A stretch of DNA of 64,000 nucleotides from Myxococcota bacterium (GTDB taxonomy: Bacteria; Myxococcota; JACRCW01). How positions within the stretch are numbered: position 1 is the stretch's first letter; every line of letters starts with the position of its first letter. The translations under genes and the position numbers were made by a program. Below, piece by piece: positions 1 to 10,406 of this stretch. The notes below the pieces were generated by a model. It made no database searches. It saw nothing but the letters and a program-made list of their open reading frames with translations, and was not told the DNA's origin. The stretch covers positions 1 to 64,000 of the forward strand of contig JBFMGU010000018.1 of NCBI GenBank assembly GCA_040752415.1. Reading direction: 5' to 3'.

Positions 1-136
1 CGAGGCGAAGAAGAAGGCCGAGGAGGAGGCCAGGAAGAAGGCGGAAGAGGCCAAGAAGAAGGCCGAAGAGGAAGCCAAGAAGAAGGCCGAGGAGGCCAAG
101 AAGAAGGCGGAGGAGCAGCTCAAGAAGTGGTTCTGA
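1..136 (+). CDS. Partial CDS: C-terminal Lys/Glu/Ala-rich coiled-coil tail (EAKKKAEEE repeats, ends KKWF)
   Basis: Frame from nt 2 reads EAKKKAEEEARKKAEEAKKK...QLKKWF-TGA(134-136); 5' end lies outside the window. Confidence 0.75.
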   Translation, partial: EAKKKAEEEARKKAEEAKKKAEEEAKKKAEEAKKKAEEQLKKWF

Positions 137-170
137 GTGACGCCCCTGTCACGACGTCGCGGAGCGCACC

Positions 171-818
171 ATGCACCGTCTCCTGGCCCATCCCGCGCTG
201 GCACCTGTGGTGCTGGCGTTGAGCACCGGCGCGCTGGTCCTCTTGCGTCCCACGTTCCCGGAGCGCTGGATCGTCCACTGGGGTGTGGGCAACGTCCCCG
301 ACGGGTGGGCCACGCGAGACGGGCTGGGCGTGTTCTTCCCCGTCATGCTGGGCGCGGGCATCCAGGTGTTCCTGGAGCTGATGGTGCTGCTGATGCGGTC
401 CGCGCAGCGCTCCCTGGACCCGCGCTTGGCGGCGCTGGGCGTGGCGCAGGCGCGCATTGCCGGCACGATGCTGGCGGTGATGATGGGCGCCCTGGCCCTG
501 GCGCTTCCGCTGCTCAACCTGCAGACGCCGTGGCTGATCATCCTCGGCGCGTTCGGATGGGTGGGGCTGCTGGTCGTGGTGCTGGTGGTCTACAACCGTC
601 GTGAGCTGGCGCGACTGCGCGCGGAAGGCGTGCCGGGGTTGGAGCACTACCGCGGCATCCTCTACGTCAACCCCAACGACGAGCGCCTGTGGGTCCCCAA
701 GCTGGCGGGGATGGGTTGGACGTTGAACTTCGCGCACCCGCGCGCGTGGTTGTTGCTGGTGGTGCTCATCTCGCCCGCGCTGATTGCGATCGTGGCGTTG
801 ATGATTCTCCCGAAGTAA
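171..818 (+). CDS. DUF1648/DUF5808-type membrane protein
   Basis: HWGVGNVPDGW N-terminal motif, several TM helices, C-terminal YVNPNDERLWVPK...GWTLNFAHP motif. Confidence 0.85.
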   Translation: MHRLLAHPALAPVVLALSTGALVLLRPTFPERWIVHWGVGNVPDGWATRDGLGVFFPVMLGAGIQVFLELMVLLMRSAQRSLDPRLAALGVAQARIAGTMLAVMMGALALALPLLNLQTPWLIILGAFGWVGLLVVVLVVYNRRELARLRAEGVPGLEHYRGILYVNPNDERLWVPKLAGMGWTLNFAHPRAWLLLVVLISPALIAIVALMILPK

Positions 819-1038
819 CGGCGAACCGCCGGGAGGCGGGGCTCGTCCGACGCTGTTCGGCAGCTCATCGATGGCGTCGCGATTTGACCCCCGCGCATAC
901 CGGTTCACGGTGGGGTGGACCGTGGCGGCGGGTGAACCTGACACCTGCGCGGTGATGGCTCCAAGGGCCATCACTTCCCCGGTCAACCTCAATGGGAACC
1001 GCCGTAGATTCCCGGGAGTCCTCACCGCGGGTGCGCGG

Positions 1039-2238
1039 TCAGGCGCTGGCCAGCTCCATCAGGTGCTTGTGACGGGTGGCGCCCAGGGCGCGGATGAGCT
1101 CACGCACGCGGGGCTGCGTCAGGACCAGCCGCTCACACGCGCCGCGGTCCAGGTAGAGCAGCTTGCACGCGGTCTTCGTCGTCACGGTGGCGGTGATGGG
1201 GATGTCGAACACCACCGAGATCTCGCCGAAGATGTCGCCCTGCTTGAGCTCGGCAACCTGCTGCCGGCCGCCGGCGGACTGGTGGTGCACCAGGCAGTGC
1301 CCGTCCATGAGGATGAAGATGCCGTGTCCGGCGCGACCCTGGTGCAGCAGCACCGTGCCCGCGGGCTCGTCGCGCGTCTTGAACGCGGACACCAGCGCGT
1401 CACGCGCCTCCGTCCCCAGCGGCTTGAACACCGGACTCCCGGCAATGAGGTTGGCCACCACGCGCTGGCGACAGAACTTCTCCAGCACGCGCGCCACCCC
1501 GGGGTGATGCAGTGTCACCTCCGCCATCTGCTCGCGCGTGAGCTCCAACAGCTCGCACTCCTCCGCCGCCGTCACGGTGGCCACGCGGGGCGCGCCGGTG
1601 AGCAGCGCCATCTCGCCAAACACCGCGCCTTCGCCCAGGCGGGCCACCACGTGGGGCTCCGGCTCGTCGACAAAACGCCGCAGCACCGTCACCGCGCCGC
1701 GCACCACCACGAACATGGAGCTGCCCGGCGCTCCTTCCGTGAGGATGGTGTGCCCGGCGGCAAACTGGTGCAGGCGCGTGCGCGCGGCCAACGCCAGGAA
1801 CGCGGCGCGGCCCAGGTCGGAGAAGAGCGGGATGGAAGGCAGGCGCGCCACCGCGGCCGGCACCGCCAGCGTCTTCACCGCCACGCGCGCCACCTCGGTG
1901 CGGGGCTCTGTCGTCGTCGGTGCGCTGCGCTTACGGGCGTAGAGCTCGGCCAGCTTGCGCTGGGTGCGGGTGTGTTTCGGGTCGAGCTTGAGGATGACGT
2001 TGAGGATCGCCATCGCCTTGAGCGCTTCCCCGGTGGCGGTCAGCGCGTCGGCCAGGCGCTCATACTCCACCACCGCCTCCACCACCCGCCCCTGCCTCGC
2101 CAGCATCTCCGCCAGGCGCTGGCGCGCCCACACGTCGCCCGGGTCACCGCCCAGCGCCACGCGCAGCGCCGCCACCGCATCCTGCACCTTCCCCGCCACA
2201 ATCTGCGCGGTGATGGCCTGGCGCTCCGCTTCGGTCAT
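1039..2238 (-). CDS. TPR + tandem cyclic-nucleotide-binding domain protein
   Basis: N-terminal TPR-like helices; two cNMP folds (FGEMALLTGAPRVATV; FGEISVVFDIPITATV); ATG 2238 chosen, ORF is open to 2271. Confidence 0.85.
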   Translation of the reverse strand: MTEAERQAITAQIVAGKVQDAVAALRVALGGDPGDVWARQRLAEMLARQGRVVEAVVEYERLADALTATGEALKAMAILNVILKLDPKHTRTQRKLAELYARKRSAPTTTEPRTEVARVAVKTLAVPAAVARLPSIPLFSDLGRAAFLALAARTRLHQFAAGHTILTEGAPGSSMFVVVRGAVTVLRRFVDEPEPHVVARLGEGAVFGEMALLTGAPRVATVTAAEECELLELTREQMAEVTLHHPGVARVLEKFCRQRVVANLIAGSPVFKPLGTEARDALVSAFKTRDEPAGTVLLHQGRAGHGIFILMDGHCLVHHQSAGGRQQVAELKQGDIFGEISVVFDIPITATVTTKTACKLLYLDRGACERLVLTQPRVRELIRALGATRHKHLMELASA

Positions 2239-2318
2239 GCGCTCACCCCACGGCTTTTCCGACGACACCAATTCCAGAGCATGTCCCTCGTGGCAGGGTC
2301 AAGCGTCCCCGGTCGTCG

Positions 2319-5069
2319 TCACGGCGCTTCGTCCTCTGGCAGGGGCAGGGTGACGGCCCGCAGCGTCACGCCGGTGCACCCGTTGGCGCACAGGTAGTTG
2401 CGCACGGCGCCCAGCGCGTGGGGCGCGGCCTCGGTGTCCACGTACGGGATGTCCAGCTGCAGTTCTCCGTCGTGGCGCTGGGGCGTGAGATACAGCTCCT
2501 GCAGCGTGACCTGCGTGCCCGGCAACGGTCCCAGTCGCTTGGCCAGCTGCCCACGCGCGGCGGCCTCCTGCGTTGGCGTGCCGCCCACCGTCTGCAGGAA
2601 CAGCTCCACCACCTCGGCGTCCCAGTCCTCCGCGGGACCTTGCGCCATGGCGGTGCGCACGCTCTGGCGCATCTGCTCGTGGATGCGGGCGGTGGCGCTC
2701 GCCACGTCGACGTTGTCCTCACTCCGGGAGAGCAGCGCTTCCAGCATGGCCCGCGGGCCACCCGGAGCCAGGCCCTGGCGCGCAGCGTCGGTGGCCAGGC
2801 GCAGCGTCCGACGAGCGCGCGCCTCCCCGGCGCGTTGCTCCGCGTTGTCGTCGTCGGGCAGCACCCAGGGCGGGCGGAGACGGTGACGGCTCGCGGCGCC
2901 GTGATCTCGCAGCGCGTCGTGCAGGCGGGTGGCGGTGGCCTCGTCAACGGGAGAACAGGTCAACGCCAGGGACGTGGCGGCGGACATGAGTCCCGCACGC
3001 TTCACCGGTGTGCCCCCCGCGCTGGTCACCGTGGTGGAAGCGCTCCGCAGCAGCCCATCCAGGTACGTTGGCGACGGCGTGGATTCATCCGGTTCCTCCT
3101 CCATCACCTCGGCGCCCACCAGCACGTCCACCAGGAGCGCACCACCCACCACCGACGTGGTCACGCCGCGGACCTCGCGGGGGAGGGTGAGCTGCTCCAC
3201 CTGGCGCGCGGCGCGTTGCGCGGATTCCTCGTCGGGGAAGGCGGCGTACAGGAGCGGTGAGCGCACGGTCTGGGGGGAAGCGGTGCGTACGAGCAGCTCC
3301 GAGACACGCGGCAGTTGCGGGTTGGCGGGACAGGCCAGCGGCACGGTGGTGCCGGGCACGGGTTGCAGCGCCAGCGGCGTCGTGGGGGGACGCGCCATGG
3401 CCAGGGCCACCGTCACCAAGGACACCACGCCGAGTACCAGGCTGGCCGCGTAGATTCCCAGCCAGGTGATGATGCCCAGGCATCCCGGTGCCGTGCGGTG
3501 CGGCTGCTGCACCAGCAACCCGCGGGCAAGCTGGATCTTCTGCGCAAAGGCCAGGTTGGCGTGCTCCGACGCGTGCAGCACGCGGAACAACGCCGTCACG
3601 TCGTCATCACCGGGCACGCGCGGCTCGGCGAGGAGACGCTTGCGCAGGCCCGCCATGCGCAGCCCGTGTGGAATGCCCACCACCATGAGCACCGCCAGCA
3701 CCACCAGCACCGGGTCCCCGCTGAAGGCGAGCAGCAGCATCACGCCCGCGGCCAGCAGTCGGAAGAACACGTCACCACCGGCGCTGCGGGAGAAGAGCAG
3801 TCCGTGGAGGATGCGCCCTCCGTCGAGGGGGAGGACCGGCAGCAGGTTGAAGAGGTTGATGGCGGCCAGCACCACCAGGCCCTCACGCAGCCCGGCGCGC
3901 TCCGCCACGCCCGTGGCCGCCAGCACCGCGGCCAGCAGCAGCCCCGGCACCGGGCCCGCCAGCAGCACCACCATCTCCTGCCCCAGCGTGGCGTCCTTCT
4001 TCCGCCCCGTGGTGGCGCCCCCGAGGAACGGCACGAAGAAGATGCTGGTGTCCTGGTAGCCCAGCAGCTTCATGGCGCCGAAGTGCCCCAGCTCATGCAC
4101 GAGGATGGTGATCACCACCGCCGCGCTCATCACCGGATCAACCCAGTGCGTGGAGGCCAGGACGAACAGCGCCAGCGTCACCACGAAGGTCCACAGGAAC
4201 AGGTTCCGGCGCGCGGGCGCGGACAGCATCTCGTCATGGCGACGATACGCCGCGACGTCCTCCTCCAACGGAGCGCGCGGCAACGTGACGCCCGCCGCCC
4301 GCGCGGCCTGCGCTCGCGTCACCAACAGGGCGCGCAGACGCCCCATGCCCCGCACCAGCTTGAGCGTGGAGGCCAACGCAAACCGCCAGCCCATGAGGTG
4401 CGCCCCGTCGGGAGCGGCGTGGAGGTGACCGGCCTGCACCAGCCCGTGGAAATACGCCGCGTCCTCCGCTTCCGCCCGACGAGCCGCCTCCGTCAGCTCC
4501 AGCGTCGACGGCACGGACTGCGGGGCACGCACGGCCAGCTGCGCCTGGTGCGCCTGCCAGTGCGCCACGACGGTGGGCGCGTAGGGATCCTGCATGCCCG
4601 GGTACTCCCCGAGCACGGCGTGGGCGAGGCCGTTGAGGGTGGTGAGGCCGGTTCCGTCGGAGAAGAAGGAGCGGAACGCCAGGTTGTGGAGGTGGAGCGG
4701 CTCAGGCACGTCGGAGAAGGAGATGCTGGCGTGGGTGCCTCCGTCGGCGGAGCGCAGCCAAGCCTGCCAGGACTGGTCCCACCGGGAGCGCGTCATCCGA
4801 CGAGCTTGCACCCAGCCGGACCACCTGAAGCCCAGCGCCCCCAGCTCGCGGATGGGACCCTGCAGCCCCTCGCGCACGTGCGGCGGCACCACGCTCTCGT
4901 AGACGGGACGGTGGTGCGGCGGCTGGAGGCGCAGGCGCAGCAGGTTGTGCAGCACCATGACCAGGCGCACCACCTGCAACAGCACCACCAACCCGACGAG
5001 GAGCCACAGGAACCCGGGCAGTCCCCAGGACGCGCCCGACGTGACGGTGCTGTCCGCTGCCAGGTTCAT
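2319..5069 (-). CDS. Site-2 protease (peptidase M50) family membrane metalloprotease with large N- and C-terminal extensions
   Basis: HELGH zinc motif, LAGP and NLFNLLPVLPLDGG motifs within a TM bundle. Confidence 0.85.
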   Translation of the reverse strand: MNLAADSTVTSGASWGLPGFLWLLVGLVVLLQVVRLVMVLHNLLRLRLQPPHHRPVYESVVPPHVREGLQGPIRELGALGFRWSGWVQARRMTRSRWDQSWQAWLRSADGGTHASISFSDVPEPLHLHNLAFRSFFSDGTGLTTLNGLAHAVLGEYPGMQDPYAPTVVAHWQAHQAQLAVRAPQSVPSTLELTEAARRAEAEDAAYFHGLVQAGHLHAAPDGAHLMGWRFALASTLKLVRGMGRLRALLVTRAQAARAAGVTLPRAPLEEDVAAYRRHDEMLSAPARRNLFLWTFVVTLALFVLASTHWVDPVMSAAVVITILVHELGHFGAMKLLGYQDTSIFFVPFLGGATTGRKKDATLGQEMVVLLAGPVPGLLLAAVLAATGVAERAGLREGLVVLAAINLFNLLPVLPLDGGRILHGLLFSRSAGGDVFFRLLAAGVMLLLAFSGDPVLVVLAVLMVVGIPHGLRMAGLRKRLLAEPRVPGDDDVTALFRVLHASEHANLAFAQKIQLARGLLVQQPHRTAPGCLGIITWLGIYAASLVLGVVSLVTVALAMARPPTTPLALQPVPGTTVPLACPANPQLPRVSELLVRTASPQTVRSPLLYAAFPDEESAQRAARQVEQLTLPREVRGVTTSVVGGALLVDVLVGAEVMEEEPDESTPSPTYLDGLLRSASTTVTSAGGTPVKRAGLMSAATSLALTCSPVDEATATRLHDALRDHGAASRHRLRPPWVLPDDDNAEQRAGEARARRTLRLATDAARQGLAPGGPRAMLEALLSRSEDNVDVASATARIHEQMRQSVRTAMAQGPAEDWDAEVVELFLQTVGGTPTQEAAARGQLAKRLGPLPGTQVTLQELYLTPQRHDGELQLDIPYVDTEAAPHALGAVRNYLCANGCTGVTLRAVTLPLPEDEAP

Positions 5070-5325
5070 TTGGCCCGGCAGCGTGACAAGCGACGGCGGT
5101 GGAGGTCAAACCGTCAGGCGTCCCGCCGAGGAGGAAACCCCATGCGTCACCTCGGGCGGGGCCTTGTCACGAGGGGCGCGCCCGTCGAGGACGCGGAGGC
5201 AGGGAGGCGCGCTCAGCGGAGGCGGGTGCCCGGACGGGGCGCGGCGCTCATGGCCGCCGCGGACGTGAGGGTTATAGCTGTGGAGGTCCGGTCAACGGCC
5301 ACGTGACGAGGAGAGGGAGGGGGCG

Positions 5326-8019
5326 GTGGCTCACGCGGATGCCATGTCCGGCGCAATGCCTCCGCGTCGGGACGGCAGGTCGGGTGGGGCGGGCGTGACG
5401 GTGCAGCCCGCGCTTCACGACCTGTTGCTGGAGCCCCGCGGTGGCGCGCTGCTCAAGGGTCTGGGCATCAAGGTCTGGATCGTGGACACGCTCACGATGG
5501 AGCCCACCTTCCTCAGTGAGCCGCTGACCGAGCTGCTCGGGAGCGCCGTCCAGCTGAAGCGCCCGCTCGACGCTGCCGTGCACCCGGAGGACCGTGCCTC
5601 ATTGGTGGTGGCGTGCCGGGCCGTCGCCGCCAGCCGTGCCGCCCGCACCGTGTCGTACCGCACGTTCAAGGAAGGGCGCGTTGTGGCGCTCACGGTGGAG
5701 CTTCATCCGCTGCCCGACGTCAACGGTGGCGGACGGGAGGTGGCGGGCGTGGTGGTGAGCGCCATGGCGATGGTGATGCCTCCCGTCGCCACCGACCTTG
5801 CGTCCCTCATCAACACCGTCGACGGAATCGTCTGGGAGGCGGATGAGGAATTCCGCTTCACCTTCGTGAGCGAACAGGCGGAGCGCCTGCTGGGATATCC
5901 CCGGTCGCGCTGGATCGAGGAGCCCCGGTTCTGGGTGGACCATCTCCATCCCGAAGACCGCGAGCGCTGCATGAGGTTCTGCGTGGAGCAGACCGCGCGG
6001 GGCCAGCCACACCAGTTCGAGTACCGCATGATCGCCGCGGATGGACGGGTGGTGTGGCTGCGCGACATTGTCAGTGTGCTCAATCCAAGGGGAGGGCCGC
6101 GGTTGCTCCGGGGCGTGATGGTCGACGTCACGGGCCAGCATGAAATGCAGGAGGCCGTCGAGCGTTCCGTGTCCCTGCTGCGGGCCGCCCTGGAGGCCAC
6201 CGCGGATGGCATCCTCGTCGTCAGCCAGCGGGGCCGCGTGGCCGCGTGGAACCGCCGCTTCGCCATGATGTGGCGCCTCCCGGAGGAGTGCCTGGAGTCC
6301 GCCAAAGACGCGAGCCTGGTGTCCCGGGTGCTGGAGCAGCTGCGGGAGCCGGAGGCGTTCCAGGCACGGATACGGTGGTTCTACGAGCACCCGGAGGAAG
6401 AGGGCGAGGACGTCATCCATTTCAAGGACGGCCGCGTGGTCGAGCGCTACTCCCGGCCGCAACGGGTGGCCGGCCAGGTTGTGGGCCGGGTGTGGAGCTT
6501 CCGCGACGTGACCAAGCGCAAGCGCGCGGAAGAGGCCCTGGCCCGCAGCGAGGAGAAGTACCGCGAGCTCTACAACAAGACCCCGGTCATGATGCACTCC
6601 GTGGACCGGCATGGGCGCCTGCTGAGCGTGAGCGACTTCTGGCTCGCCTCCCTGGGCTTCACGCGCCAGGAGGTGCTGGGCCGGAAGTCGGTGGAGTTCC
6701 TCACGCCGGAGTCGCGCAAGTACGCCACGGAGGTGGTGCTCCCCGAGTTCTTCACCACCGGCGTGTGCCGGGACGTGCCCTACCAGTTCGTGCGGCGCGA
6801 CGGCAGCGTCATGGACGTCCTGCTCTCCGCCATCGCGGAGCGGAATGCCGAGGGTGAGGTGGTGAGGTCGCTGGCGGTTCTGGTCGACGTCACGGCGCGT
6901 CACCGTGCCGAGCAGCAAAGGGAGCGGGCGTTGGCGCTCCTGGACACGCTGCTGATGAGCGCACCGGTACCGATGGGCTTCCTTGACCGGGACCTGCGCT
7001 TCCAGCGCGTCAATGCGGGTCTGGCCGCGTTGCACGGCGTGCGGCCCGAGGACGACGTGGGTCGCACCATCTGGGAGGCCAGCCCCGGCATGGCTCCGCA
7101 GGTTGCACCCATCATGAGGAGGGTCCTGGAGACCGGACAGGCCACAACCAACGTGGAGCTGAGCGGTGAGGTGCCCAGCGCCCCAGGTGAGATCCGGAGC
7201 TTCCTGGCCAGCTACTACCCCGTGTCCACCGTGGCGGGAGAGATGACGGGGGTGGGAGTCGTCGTCGTGGACGTGACCGAACGGACCCGCGCCGCGGAGC
7301 TGCAGGCCAGGCTCTATCGGGAAGCCCAGCAGGCCATCCGCGCCCGGGACGAGTTCATGTCCATTGCCTCCCACGAGCTGAAGACCCCGCTCACACCGCT
7401 GGTCCTGCTGCTCCAGCTGATGGAGCGGCGGGTGCGTCGCGGTGAGCCGGTGGACCCCGCCGACATCTCGAAGGCGCAGAGTCAGCTTGGACGCCTGTGC
7501 GGCCTGATCAAGGACCTGCTTGATGTGTCGCGCATCCAGGCGGGACGACTGGCGCTCCGTCGTGAGCCCGTCAACCTGTGCGAGCTGGTTCGTGAGGTGA
7601 TCAGCGCCCATCCGGCCGGCGAAGAGAACCGGATGCGGCTGGATGTTCCCACCACGGGTGTCCACGTGGACGGAGACCGTGACCGTCTGCTGCAGGTCGT
7701 CAACAACCTGGTGGACAACGCCGTGAAGTACAGCCCGCGCGACAAGCCCATCGACGTCCGGGTGAGCCGAAACGGTGGCGAAGCGCTTCTCTCCGTGACC
7801 GACCGTGGCATTGGAATCCCCAGGGAACAGCAGCCCATGTTGTTTGAGCGGTTCTTCCGCGCCAGCAACGCGCCCACGACGAGCTACGGCGGATTGGGGC
7901 TGGGGTTGTACATCTGCCGCGACATCGTCGAACGACACGGTGGGCGCATCTGGGTGGACAGCGAGACGGGCAGGGGCGCGACGTTCTACGTGGCCCTTCC
8001 ACTGTGCGCGGCACCGTGA
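5326..8019 (+). CDS. Multi-PAS cytoplasmic sensor histidine kinase
   Basis: Four or more PAS/PAC repeats; H-box ASHELKTPLT, N-box NLVDNAVKYS, DRGIGI and GGLGLGL boxes; GGAGG RBS upstream. Confidence 0.92.
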   Translation: MAHADAMSGAMPPRRDGRSGGAGVTVQPALHDLLLEPRGGALLKGLGIKVWIVDTLTMEPTFLSEPLTELLGSAVQLKRPLDAAVHPEDRASLVVACRAVAASRAARTVSYRTFKEGRVVALTVELHPLPDVNGGGREVAGVVVSAMAMVMPPVATDLASLINTVDGIVWEADEEFRFTFVSEQAERLLGYPRSRWIEEPRFWVDHLHPEDRERCMRFCVEQTARGQPHQFEYRMIAADGRVVWLRDIVSVLNPRGGPRLLRGVMVDVTGQHEMQEAVERSVSLLRAALEATADGILVVSQRGRVAAWNRRFAMMWRLPEECLESAKDASLVSRVLEQLREPEAFQARIRWFYEHPEEEGEDVIHFKDGRVVERYSRPQRVAGQVVGRVWSFRDVTKRKRAEEALARSEEKYRELYNKTPVMMHSVDRHGRLLSVSDFWLASLGFTRQEVLGRKSVEFLTPESRKYATEVVLPEFFTTGVCRDVPYQFVRRDGSVMDVLLSAIAERNAEGEVVRSLAVLVDVTARHRAEQQRERALALLDTLLMSAPVPMGFLDRDLRFQRVNAGLAALHGVRPEDDVGRTIWEASPGMAPQVAPIMRRVLETGQATTNVELSGEVPSAPGEIRSFLASYYPVSTVAGEMTGVGVVVVDVTERTRAAELQARLYREAQQAIRARDEFMSIASHELKTPLTPLVLLLQLMERRVRRGEPVDPADISKAQSQLGRLCGLIKDLLDVSRIQAGRLALRREPVNLCELVREVISAHPAGEENRMRLDVPTTGVHVDGDRDRLLQVVNNLVDNAVKYSPRDKPIDVRVSRNGGEALLSVTDRGIGIPREQQPMLFERFFRASNAPTTSYGGLGLGLYICRDIVERHGGRIWVDSETGRGATFYVALPLCAAP

Positions 8020-8136
8020 TGCGCTCGTCACACGTGTGCGCGCGCGTGGATCGGTGGCGGGTGAACCGCCGTCATATCAAGACCCGCTGGACGTCGCGGC
8101 CGCCGCGGAGTCCCGGAGTCCTGGAGGTAGGCCCTG

Positions 8137-8697
8137 TCAGGGAGCCCGCGACGTGAGGACGGCCATGGCGCCGCGGATCCGGTCCACCGCGCCGGGTGCG
8201 TCGGGCCGCTCGCGCAGTCGGATGACGCCGGTTTCATCCACCAGCAGCGTCTCGAATCCCTGGACCTCCGCCGGGAGGAAGACGGTGGTGCCGCTGACGT
8301 CGACCACGAGGTTCTCCTCCAGCTTCCATTCACGGGCCCATTCCAGGGAGACCGTGCCCAGCGCCACGTTCACCACCGGGATCTCCGGCCCCAGCGCCGG
8401 TCTCACCACGTCACGCCACGCCGCGAACGCACCCCCGCATCCCCGACAGTCCTGTAGGAACGCGTTCACCACCGTGGGTGTCTTCCGTGGCACTTCGAGC
8501 GCGCCGCCCGGTCCGTGCAGCGTCCAGCGTCGGATGGCCAGGGGTTTCGTCTTGGGGGGTGCTTCTCGCCTATGGTCCGCCCACCGCTGTCCCAGGAACC
8601 CCACCGTCACGGCAACCAGGACCAGCAGCGCTCCGAGGACCCGTCGACGAAATTGCGCGAAGGAACGACGGAGGGGCGCCTCGGGCGTGGGTTGCAT
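8137..8697 (-). CDS. Membrane-anchored thioredoxin-like (TlpA-like) protein
   Basis: N-terminal TM helix, CxxC (CRGC) after VVNAF, TLLVDETGVIR strand; start uncertain. Confidence 0.65.
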   Translation of the reverse strand: MQPTPEAPLRRSFAQFRRRVLGALLVLVAVTVGFLGQRWADHRREAPPKTKPLAIRRWTLHGPGGALEVPRKTPTVVNAFLQDCRGCGGAFAAWRDVVRPALGPEIPVVNVALGTVSLEWAREWKLEENLVVDVSGTTVFLPAEVQGFETLLVDETGVIRLRERPDAPGAVDRIRGAMAVLTSRAP

Positions 8698-8764
8698 TCG
8701 TTCCTCAGTGCGGCTTTAGTGCGCAGACTATTCCGGAGCTCAATTCCCGGTGCAAGGGGCGTTC

Positions 8765-10342
8765 ATGAAGCGGGTCCTTTGTCTTTCCATCGCCCTCCTG
8801 GGCACGGCGTGCACCAAGGAGAAACCGGCGGCCCCACCCGCCAAGGCCCCCAGCGCCGCGCCGCTGCCACCCACGGGATTGGCCGCATGGCAGCCGCCCA
8901 CGGGGGTCCCCGCGCAGTTGCCGCTGCTCAACGTCAAGGGGTTGGACGCCTTTGGCTTCCCCAACCAGCTCCCCGACAAGGTTGCGCTCCTGGCCCTCTT
9001 GCGGAGCCGTCAGTACGAGCCGCTCACGAAGTTCATCGAACAGATGGCAGATGAGATCGACAAGGACCCCCGCAAGGAACTGTGGATGTTCGTGGCCATG
9101 AACGCGTTCTACCAGGCCGCGCCCGACCTCCATCCGCTGCTCGACGAGTGGGTGCAGCGCCATCCCACCTCCTTCGCTCCGTGGAGCGCGCGCTCGCACT
9201 ACCTCTTCGCGGTGGCAGCCGAGGCGCGCGGCGACAAGCCGTCGTCAGACACCAAGGAAGCGCAGTTCGCGGCCATGCAGGCATTCAATGAGAAGGCGGC
9301 GGCGGATCTGGCCAAGGCGTTGGAGCTCCGTCCCGGCGTGGTGGAGAACATCCGCTGGCGGACCAAGGTTGCCATGTTCAAGGGTGACGTCGATCCGCGT
9401 CGGATTCTCGAGGACGGCCGGAAGGTCTGCAAGGACTGCCTGACGCTCTACCAGGGCATCATGGCCATGCTGCGCCCGCAATGGGGCGGCTCCTACGAGC
9501 AGATGGACGCGCTGGCCGAGGAAGCGCTCGCCTCGTCCACCAACCCGGCCATGAAGGTGCTGCGCGGCGCCTCCCACAACGAGCGCTGCGACAAGGCCCT
9601 CAACAAGGAGCGTTTCGAAGAGGCGCTGGCGGCCTGCGACAAGTCACTCGAGGCGGGACGTTGGTACCAGTACCTGATCACGCGTGCGGACCTCCACGCC
9701 AAGATGAAGGAGCCGGAGAAGGGGCTGCCCTTTCTCAATGAAGCGTTGGAGCAGTGGCCGCAGGACGCTGAAGCGCTGGGCATGCGCGCTGCCTTCCTGC
9801 GCAAGATGGGACGCTGGGAGGAGGCGCGCAACGACGTGCTGCTTGGAGCCTATGTCAAGGATAACGAAGGCTATGTGAAGTGGGAGCGCTGGCAGGTGAT
9901 GCGCGAGATCCTGAAGGTTGCGGGGGAGAAGTACAAGGCGAAGGACTGGAAGGCCGCGGAGGACCTGTATGACCAGGCGCTGCGCGTCCAGCCCGACGAC
10001 CCCGAGCCCTGGTTCTGGCGGGGCATGACCTTCAAGCAGCGGGACATGGTGGACGCGGCCTTCGGAGACTTCCAGGAGGCGGTCAAGCACACGCGCAAGT
10101 GGCTGATGGCCTACAAGGAGCTTTCCATTGCGTTGGTCAAGCGTGACCAGGCGAAGGATGCGGTTGAGCTGTGGAACGGCTTCATTGCGGACAATCCCCA
10201 GGACGCCGAGGCGGTCTACCTGCGCGGCGGCGTGTACAACCGCCTTGGCGACCTGCAACACGCGAAGGCCGACGCCCAGCGCGCCTGCGAGATGAAGTTC
10301 GACAAGGCGTGCAAGGTGCTGGCAGAGCAGAAGCTGGAGTAG
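8765..10342 (+). CDS. TPR-repeat lipoprotein (DUF4034-like N-terminal region)
   Basis: Lipobox LGTAC; WVQRHPTS, ARG and LRPQWGGSYEQM motifs; multiple TPRs. Confidence 0.75.
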   Translation: MKRVLCLSIALLGTACTKEKPAAPPAKAPSAAPLPPTGLAAWQPPTGVPAQLPLLNVKGLDAFGFPNQLPDKVALLALLRSRQYEPLTKFIEQMADEIDKDPRKELWMFVAMNAFYQAAPDLHPLLDEWVQRHPTSFAPWSARSHYLFAVAAEARGDKPSSDTKEAQFAAMQAFNEKAAADLAKALELRPGVVENIRWRTKVAMFKGDVDPRRILEDGRKVCKDCLTLYQGIMAMLRPQWGGSYEQMDALAEEALASSTNPAMKVLRGASHNERCDKALNKERFEEALAACDKSLEAGRWYQYLITRADLHAKMKEPEKGLPFLNEALEQWPQDAEALGMRAAFLRKMGRWEEARNDVLLGAYVKDNEGYVKWERWQVMREILKVAGEKYKAKDWKAAEDLYDQALRVQPDDPEPWFWRGMTFKQRDMVDAAFGDFQEAVKHTRKWLMAYKELSIALVKRDQAKDAVELWNGFIADNPQDAEAVYLRGGVYNRLGDLQHAKADAQRACEMKFDKACKVLAEQKLE

Positions 10343-10406
10343 CAGCGTTTCGTTTCGGACGGGGGATCATGTCGTGCACCGGCGGTGGTGACGGCCGGCG
10401 GCGGGG

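Noticed and set aside
1..136. EAKKK repeats as TolA
   Set aside because: The repeat ends at the stop with no TolA C-terminal domain, and too little sequence is visible to assign a family.
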